DNA of 61,526 nt, the filler included, from Choristocarpus tenellus KU-1152 (taxonomy: Eukaryota; Protista; Phaeophyceae): assembly GCA_964200185.2 (NCBI GenBank). It is 12 parts of 12 records of this genome, joined end to end, with 100 filler letters (N's around TTAATTAATTAA, not from the genome) between each part and the next. Parts side by side here need not be neighbours in the genome. Positions count along the whole stretch, not along the records: positions 53,985 to 57,647 come from CAXNAD020018647.1; positions 57,748 to 61,526 come from CAXNAD020017971.1; 10 more parts are not named here. The stretch is one strand, 5' to 3'. Each line of letters begins with the position of its first letter. Within the stretch, counting starts at the first letter, position 1. The position numbers and the translations under genes are program-made. This document shows positions 54,065 through 61,526 of this stretch, piece by piece. The notes beneath the pieces were generated by a model. The model ran no database searches and was not told where the DNA came from. It saw only the letters and a program-made list of their open reading frames with translations.

Positions 54065-54244
54065 GACCCAAAGTATTTGGGGGGGGGAGGGAATCTACAC
54101 CAGGGTGTCCATTCGGGTCCTGACCAAGAGAAGTGCACTTACATTATCCACTTGATGCATGCAACCAAATCACACAAAAATCGCAACATATAAAAAATGG
54201 GTCTCGAATAGAAAGCTGTCACTCCCCGCCAGCTACTTTGATTC
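54065..54244 (+). mobile_element. MITE family 1 copy (diverged); further ends or fragments at 9714-9782, 34193, 51077, 52765-52811, 53865, 53985, 54295
   Basis: GACCCAAAGTATTTGG...CAGCTACTTTGATTC. Confidence 0.82.
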
Positions 54245-54450
54245 ACAAAATAAAAACATCACAAAACACAAATCTGACCAAGAAGAGGTACTCAGGACCA
54301 AAGTATCTGGGGGGGCGGGGGGGGTCTGCACTGGGGCGTCCAAATGGGCCTTTGTGTAAGTGTTGGAAAATGGCATGAAGATGTTGGGAAAAAGGCATAT
54401 ACAAGTGTTTTTAGTCGTGGAGGGTTGGTTTTGTTTCAGTGGAATATTGC

Positions 54451-54948
54451 ATAGTCTGCATTTAGCGCATGTAGTTAGCGCTTAGATGTTGCAAAAGTAG
54501 CCTTTTTGTAGGTCGATTTCTGGGTTAGGGGTGTTTTGGGTGTTGATTTGTGGTGAAGTTTGGATTGGGTTGGTTCATGTCTTTTGGGTTTATCGCCTTG
54601 ATCGAGTAGGATTAAGGTTAATTGAGGTAGGGGTTTAGGGTCAGTCATATCCAGCATTAAGCAATGTGTTTGTCAATTGACCTAGGAGGGCCTCATCGAT
54701 AGTCTGTATTTAGCGCATGTAGTTAGCGCTTAGATGTTGCAAAAGTAGCCTTTTTGTGGGTCGATTTCTGGGTTAGGGGTGTTTTGGGTGTTAATTTGTG
54801 GTGAAATTTGGATTGGGTTGGTTCATGTCTATTGGGTTTATCGCCTTGATCGAGTAGGATTAAGGTTAATTGAGGTGGGGGTTTAGGGTTAGTCATATCC
54901 AGCGTTAGGCAATGTGTTTGTCAGTTGACCTAGGGGGGCCTCATCGAT
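54451..54948. repeat. 248-bp tandem duplication, near identical
   Basis: Units start at 54451 and 54699. Confidence 0.93.
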
Positions 54949-55473
54949 TTGGGAGGGGCGTGAAGGGAGATGTATTTGTGCATTCTATGTAGTTAGGGGA
55001 TGCGAGGGGATGAGTTGTTTACAGGTGTATTTCAGTCGCATTTGTATATTTTAGAGGTATGTAAATTATGTCCTTTGTGGAGTGTGGAATGTCATATCAA
55101 TGTTGAAAAAGCTTCTTACCCAGGAGAGGCGAATGTGTGATCCTTGAATATCGTGTCCATATTATATATATAGGATACAAGGAGCAACAACGCGTATAAA
55201 AGACCACACTAGAAGGGGGACACGACGAATTGTTTCTGTGGTGACGTTTATTTTATCTGTGATGTGGGAAATCTGCTTTTTTTAGGAAACACACAGAGAG
55301 GTAAATTAAAATTTCCGATGTTAAAATTCTGTACATATATTTCAAACTACACCATGTAATATACCAGTAGTAAGGAAAAGAATTGACCAAGAAACAGGTT
55401 CTAAACGTCTATAAGTAAATCAACACAATATCCTAAGGTTAGGCAGCACACATATACCTAAAAGGAACGACAT

Positions 55474-55732
55474 GAGTGAAAGTATCTTAGAGGGTATGAG
55501 TTTTGCCCCGTTTGTCCATTTGGGGCTTGGCTTCTCATGAGTTCTTTAGTGACATTTTGCTACTCCAAAATGTTTAGGAGTAGGTAAAGTGTTTGTGTTA
55601 GGAAAAAGTGTGTCAGGAACATGGATATTGACACTTCCTAACAAAAGCCATAGCCAAAATTATATCATAATCGCAACATCCGACTTTGGTCCCCAAATGG
55701 ACGTGACTCTACCCTCTAAGATACTTTGGCTC
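55474..55732 (+). mobile_element. MITE family 2 (259 bp), 4-bp TSD ACAT
   Basis: ACAT|GAGTGAAAGTATCTTAGAGGGTA...AAGATACTTTGGCTC|ACAT. Confidence 0.93.
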
Positions 55733-55953
55733 ACATAGACGTAAACACAATAATTAAATGCAAAATGAAGCTTAACCCTGCCTCAACAACACACATCTGA
55801 CCTCTATTATGATAGGACAGGATATCCACAGGAGGCATGATGTCCCGGATGGATAAAGGGAGGGGGTGACGCACGACTACGAATTTAGAGAAGATTGTAA
55901 TGCATCCGACGCGCTGCAACCTCTGTTCCATATTACGGTCATATGGGACTGGT

Positions 55954-57578
55954 CTAGAACCAGGATCTCAGCTCTGCGTTAGGCTCCGTACTGTATTGTT
56001 GTTGAAGAAGCTGGATATTTCGCACCTCGCCATTCTCCCATTTCACCTCATAGGGGTAGCTGAGCTGCTCCTCTCCCACTAGCTCAGTATGGCGGGGCTG
56101 GTATTTGGTGACTGCCCCTCGCATCTACTGATCATCCATTCGCAAGTACAGTACCCTGCCCTTGGCTCTTGAATGAAGTGTCCCTGCCCCGTCCAGAACT
56201 GGCACAAACCTCAATGATGGTTCGAGGAGGATGTATGTCTCAGTATCCTTCTTCTCCTCTCTACAGTTCGCCTGTAGAGTCATCTGCATCCTGCGAGTTA
56301 AAGTATCTTAGAGGGTACGAGTTTTGCCCCCATTGTCCATTTGGGGCTTGACTTCCCATAGTTTTTTTTAATGACATTTTCCTACTCCAAAATGTCTCGG
56401 AGTAGGTAAAATGTGTATGTTATGAAAAGGTGTGTCCAGAACATGGATATTGACACTTCCTAACAACATGATGGTCAAAATTACATCAAAATCGCATCAT
56501 TGGATTTTGGCCCCCAACTGGATGCAGCTCTACCCTCCAAGATACTTTGGCTCCTGCATTCGTTGGCACACTGGGCTGCAGTCTTATCACTGTCCCTTTT
56601 CTCCTTCTCCCGTAGTTGTTCGACCCCCTCCTTGATCTCGTCCTCGGTATGAATGACATCAGCCCAGGTGGCAAGGAGGTCTCACCATGCTCACCTTGGT
56701 AACGCACAGAGTAGATTCATGCCCCGGAATCGTCTATGTCAACGTTGCAGACTTTCCCCCAGATGATAGCGTCTCCACTCCCGCACAGGATGAAAGTAAT
56801 ACCTCGGTCGAACTTGGCATTGGATGTGTCTCCACGTCTGCGTTGTCTTGAGAAGCGAACAGGGATCCCGCCGAGGGGGATTGCCGATTGGATTCCGAAG
56901 TGAATCTCTGGTATTGACAAGGGAGGACGGTGTAGGTATCATCGAGATTGTTATGACGAAGGTGTATGAAGTCAGGGTCAAGGATAGCCCAAAGGGGGAC
57001 GACACGGGGACCTGGTTGAGCGGCCTGCAGAGCAATCACGTTTTTTGTGTTGATGGGGTTGGGGTGACGGGTTAGAACTTGAAGACCATCGTGTGAGAGA
57101 CAGTGTTCATAGGGGATAGGGTTTCGTTCCCATGGTAATATGAACCAAAAACGAATATTAATAATCACAAACTTAAAGTGAAAAAATTATACACAGAATA
57201 GTATCATTTGGAATAAAATATCATAAAATTCTCCAACATTCGTGATTTTTATGTTTTAAAACAATTGTACGCATTTTCGTTTATATTTACAACAGAATCG
57301 TGTTTAGGGTTAGAATCTCAGGTGCCTCACCCGATCCGCACGAGAGAGGCAAACTGTTGGCACTCCATCGATGAAAGTGCAGTCAACATCTCGAAGTCTT
57401 CCCTCACAAACACCACCTCATTCCCAGCACTGAAGATCCCTCCGTAGCTGGAATGGTCCCTGGCGTTCCATGTCATGGTCTCCTTCTCGTGTATAGTGAA
57501 CCGCAGGAACTTCAACCCATTGTATTCCGATGGCTCCGTCCGCACAGTGCATACATACCCCACTGCGAGCTGCCTCTT
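55954..57578 (-). pseudogene. Degenerate gene with a C-terminal Tudor/SH3-like barrel, hit by family 2 MITEs
   Basis: After MITE removal: ATWADVIHTEDEIKEGVEQLREKE...ECRMQ...KGRVLYLRMDDQ*MRGAVTKY...YPYEVKWENGEVRNIQL...YSTEPNAELRSWF; upstream exon-like frame at 57578-57331. Confidence 0.5.
56295..56553 (+). mobile_element. MITE family 2 (259 bp), 4-bp TSD CTGC
   Basis: CTGC|GAGTTAAAGTATCTTAGAGGGTA...AAGATACTTTGGCTC|CTGC. Confidence 0.93.
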
Positions 57579-57647
57579 GAGCCAAAGTATCTTAGAGGGT
57601 AGAGTCACGTCCATTTGGGGACCAAAGTCGGATGTTGCGATTATGAT
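57579..57647 (-). mobile_element. MITE family 2 end at contig end
   Basis: GAGCCAAAGTATCTTAGAGGGTAGAGTCACGTCCATTTGGGG. Confidence 0.9.
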
Positions 57648-58038
57648 NNNNNNNNNNNNNNNNNNNNNNNNNNNNNNNNNNNNNNNNNNNNTTAATTAAT
57701 TAANNNNNNNNNNNNNNNNNNNNNNNNNNNNNNNNNNNNNNNNNNNNCCCCATTAGAGTGAATACAATACAATACAATACAATAGTAGTACGACACACTG
57801 ACAAAAAGAGTGGAAATGTTAATAATCGGGATGAAAGTTAAAAAAAAAACTTAGTGCACGGTGGTGTGCACTAAGAAATATTTTCTTTTTTTTCCAGTGT
57901 ACAACAAAAATCGCAACATTTTCTCCCCTTGAGTGATACTGGGATGGATACAGTACAAAACAATATTTCACTATGGTGTGATTGGCAGTCATAAAATTTC
58001 AAGGTACACAGAAATCAAACACTTCCACTGATATGCAA

Positions 58039-58075
58039 GGGGTTAGGGTTAGGGTTAGGGTTAGGGTTAGGGTTA
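58039..58075. repeat. Interstitial telomere-like (TTAGGG)n; shorter runs at 15360, 15798, 46506
   Basis: About 6 units. Confidence 0.85.
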
Positions 58076-58458
58076 AGGGGCGGTTCCCCCGAAGTGAAGT
58101 AGCTACGGAGGGCTCTCTCTGTGGCACTAAATGTCTCCAATGGCCCACACTCTGGAACTCTGGATCGACTCCACACCTCGATGCCACTAACAAAAAATTT
58201 CACATGCATGCCCAAGTGTCTTGGCTTGACTCTACAACAGCTTTCCTACTGGAACGTTACATTGTCCACTCTGTCATGGACATCAGTGTGACAAAACCTT
58301 CTTGCCTTACTGACTCCAAAGCATCATCCACACAACAGCAGCCATGACCTTACTTAATCCCATCCCACATCCCAAGCTAGAGTAAAACCATTAACCCAGC
58401 CCTGCACAAACACCTCCACATGAGCCGCATGCATTACTATTGCAGCCTATAACCATAC

Positions 58459-60104
58459 CTCTTCACCCTCCTCGCCTTCTGCCCGGGCCATCTCTGCTGG
58501 ATCCTCCTTTGGCATGATCCCATCTGACTCCTCTGCAGGTGATCCACCTGGCAATGTGTTCGAGGCTACTTGGAATCTGAAGCCCCCAACTGGAACTTGA
58601 AAGTCTGCACAATAGGACAGCAGAACCCACGTAGATAAAGCTTGTACATTCAAGACTCCTTGTCTATTTTAGTATTCTTCACATATTACAATATCAAAGT
58701 ACTTTCCCTACAACAATGACAGATGGGCTCACCTTTATTGGCAGGGGGACTAGATCCCAAACCAAAAGCTGCTGAACCTGTTGAAGGCGCATTGAATGTA
58801 AACCCTATAGGTTGGATCTCGGAGGATGCTACGGGAAGTGTAGATCCCATCAATGCTGAGCCAGATGAAGAAGTTGGCATGGCAAAGGTTGGGAAAGGAA
58901 TTGTACCTGGTGCTGGTGCTGGTGTCAAAGGCAGAGCTGGACCAGGAGCAGGAGATGGGGCTATAGACGGAACTGGGGTCAAAGTCAGTGCTGAAGTCGA
59001 ACTCTGAGTTGGAATCACAAATACAGCTGGAGTCGGAGATGAACGTAGAGCTGGAGCTGGGGGATCTGGCTCCACCTTTGAAACAACTGGTGCCTTCCTA
59101 TTCAAACTGGCACCACCAGCACCATCACGTATCTCAGCAGAGAAACGGAGATAATCAAGCATTGCAGGGTCAAATACAGAACCTGTCCTTTTCGCGGCAT
59201 TTGTTGACACCCACAGAGCAAAACTCTTGTTGAGGTTCGTCAATCTTTTGGTCACATGGTCCTCATCGATTGATTTATATCTTTTCCCTTCGTATTTCAC
59301 GTCGGAGACAACAAGGGGATTCTTCGCAGCGGTGTGCAGAACGTTTGCCTTCGTATCGAGCGTTTCAGATGCCGCATCTGCAAGACCACTCCGCGCATTG
59401 CCAAAAACAAAACCGAAGGTGGGAGTAGCTGAAACTGAAGGAGGCCTTGGAGTGTTCCCGGACTCATTGCCGCGTTTTACACCAAGGGAAAACCCAGAGC
59501 CACCAGCTGGCGACAACCGGGATCCTTCGGAGGAGGAGGGCATGACATTTGAAGGACCTTCCGAGGTTCCAGTTACGCTGAAAGGAGTTGGTGCCACAAC
59601 ACCTGGAGGATTGGACGTTGCGAGAACCCCAAACCCGGATGGATTCTTTGAGGTTTTTCTAAGCACCCCAGTGTTTCCGTGGAGACCGTTCGTTCCAGCA
59701 ACAGCTAACGTCGTAGGAGGCTTTAGATTCTTAAACGCAGACGACCCTGAGTCCGATGAGGTACGGCCAGTTGGAGCTTTATCTCTCCTGCATAGAGGGG
59801 GGACACGAATGGAATAATCGTGCATGAGTACTATCCTTCTATCAAGCTCGGGCCTTCGCTTAGACATAGCATTTGAAACGAAGAAGAGCGGAAGAAGGTA
59901 ACACGAGGGACATGACTGGGTGCAGAGGCTTAACTGAACGTCTGTGCTCGCATCCACAATATAGATATATCCATGGAGTCGTCACGACAAAGTTTCCCTT
60001 TCGTACCCTCACCGATATTTGGACGACGCTCTTGCCTTCCTCCTTGCACTCATTACTTCCCGGGTGTCGGCGACATCGCCATCGTCAGCTCTGCGTTTTT
60101 TCAT
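58459..60104 (-). CDS. NUP50: Nup50/Nup2-like nucleoporin, exons 1-3 (RanBD expected downstream, not found on this contig)
   Basis: Phase-compatible exons 60104-60013, 59787-58733, 58547-58459; MKKRRAD...REVMSARRKARA; LTNLNKSFALWV...DPAMLDYLRF; FG/FxF motifs; acidic GEEGEE linker. Confidence 0.75.
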
Positions 60105-60449
60105 ATTCTACTACGGAAGTGGTGTTCCTACTTATTGTTGTGGTTTGGGGAGTTCATTTTTCAGTTACATTTTCTGTCGTCTAGCCCCACCCATTTCGCA
60201 CCACCCCGTCTTTGTTTTACACACTGATGGTTCTTTGGTATATATATGTGGATATGGCTATTTTATCTATACTATTATTGGTGGTGCTTCTCTCAATCAG
60301 GTATTAATTAAATAGTGTACTGAATTGTGAACCGAAAAAGAATTTCAACTACACGATGAAATCGTGTAAATCACTCGATTAGTCCGATTTATCAACTGTC
60401 CGTCCGTACCATGTATTGGAAAAACTCCAAGTAGTGGTGTGATGTTGCA

Positions 60450-61095
60450 TTGTTGACAGTCTCCTATTGCATCAACTTTGTTGTGCCATAACTTCTGATC
60501 AACAACGAGTTTTTTCATGAAAATTCGTTTGTTGTAATCGCATAATCATGGTTAACCTTATTGAATGGGTCTCGCTCGGTTGGTCAACTTGCAGTAATCG
60601 TGAGAAATACAGGACCATACTTGAATATAGCAGTCCGCGCGGATTTGCTACGCGGCGCTCGCGAACCGGATATTTAAGGACGATTTTGACGCCAGAAGAG
60701 GCCATCTTCACCAGGAGAATATGCGCGTCGTTGTCTCTCCATTCTCTTTCCATTATTTCCAGTTTGTGCGACGTGGCCACTTGCTGGTTGAGGCTCACTC
60801 ATGGGGCCGGGCCTCTGAACCAGACAGTCCACGTCAACTCAAATGAGGTATTCTGAAGGTGCAGGCCTCCTGTGAGACTTAAGTGTCTTGTACACCCTGT
60901 TCAATGTGGTGCACTCCATGCCTTTCTCGTTGGAATATATATCAGGTGGTAAGCACTGCTCAACCTGAAGAACCTCTCCACAATTACTCTGGACAACTCC
61001 CCTCCCTCCTTAAGATTGACAGGAATGTTGGCTCTCATTTCAGGCAACGTGTAGTCACAGTGGCCTCGAACATAGTGCTTCGGCCGCCCCCAGAC
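60450..61095 (-). mobile_element. Second copy of the dispersed repeat at 36105
   Basis: Direct homology; followed by an ATCAAATGAAAG motif at ~61237 that also occurs in family B subterminal DNA. Confidence 0.65.
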
Positions 61096-61526
61096 CAACC
61101 CTATCGTGTTCAATTCACAGTGTCCTGTGAGTGGCCCAAACAGTATTAAGCCGAGGTCCGCCCACGTACCGTTTTGGCGGTTACCAATCTTGATTTTTTT
61201 GAGAATGTTGACCGCAAGTTAATCAACCATCAGCATATCAAATGAAAGCTTGGGATCTTGGGATCTAGGCTATCGATTTACGCAAAGGAATTCTATGGCA
61301 AAAAAATATTTTTGGTCGAGAAAGTTCATTCTGAAACATACTCAAGGTTCTGCCGAAAACATTCAGTCAAAATTTAACCTTACCAAAATCATTCTGCAAA
61401 ATATTATTTTTCCAGAAATCGATAGCTTAGATCAAGAGCATTCATTCGATATGCTGATCGTCGTTTAACTCGTTGGCGAACCGTTTCAAAAAAATCAAGA
61501 CTGGTCTGATCCTAGAGGTTACTGCC

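Noticed and set aside
58039-58075. Chromosome end
   Set aside because: Short, internal and flanked by unique DNA
59788-59957. MDASTDV.../MSKRRPE start of the 423-aa ORF
   Set aside because: Intron sequence; a better, phase-compatible first exon lies at 60104-60013
1-61526. CRISPR array, Fanzor/TnpB, rRNA/tRNA or giant-virus core genes
   Set aside because: No repeat-spacer array, RuvC motifs, cloverleaf or viral hallmark recognised by eye

Overview
Eukaryotic, intron-rich, transposon-dense DNA. It is most consistent with a photosynthetic stramenopile such as a brown alga: TTAGGG repeats, GT-AG introns with short exons, and a bipartite plastid-targeting presequence. It is not one continuous locus: eleven 100-nt spacers (N44-TTAATTAATTAA-N44) join twelve contigs, so synteny across spacers is unproven. 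Host genes seen as exons are a Nup50-like nucleoporin, a TPR protein, a plastid-targeted STI1-domain protein, a CBS-domain exon and one unidentified exon. There is also a broken RIG-I/Dicer-type DExH helicase fused to a C-terminal dsRBD. Mobile DNA comprises two related, abundant MITE families sharing the inner TIR motif AAAGTATCT with 3-4 bp TSDs (Sola2-like), nested TA-flanked TIR elements, a mariner transposase relic, Ty3/gypsy pol, CRE-like LINE RLE ends and LTR candidates. Three observations stand out. (1) The MITE TIRs place a GT and an AG so that splicing of a 4-bp-TSD copy would leave exactly 24 nt in either orientation, which is an untested Introner-like hypothesis. (2) The helicase-dsRBD is a candidate dsRNA sensor. 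(3) TE and pseudogene stop codons show a CpG-deamination signature, implying 5mC methylation. All calls are by eye, without database searches.
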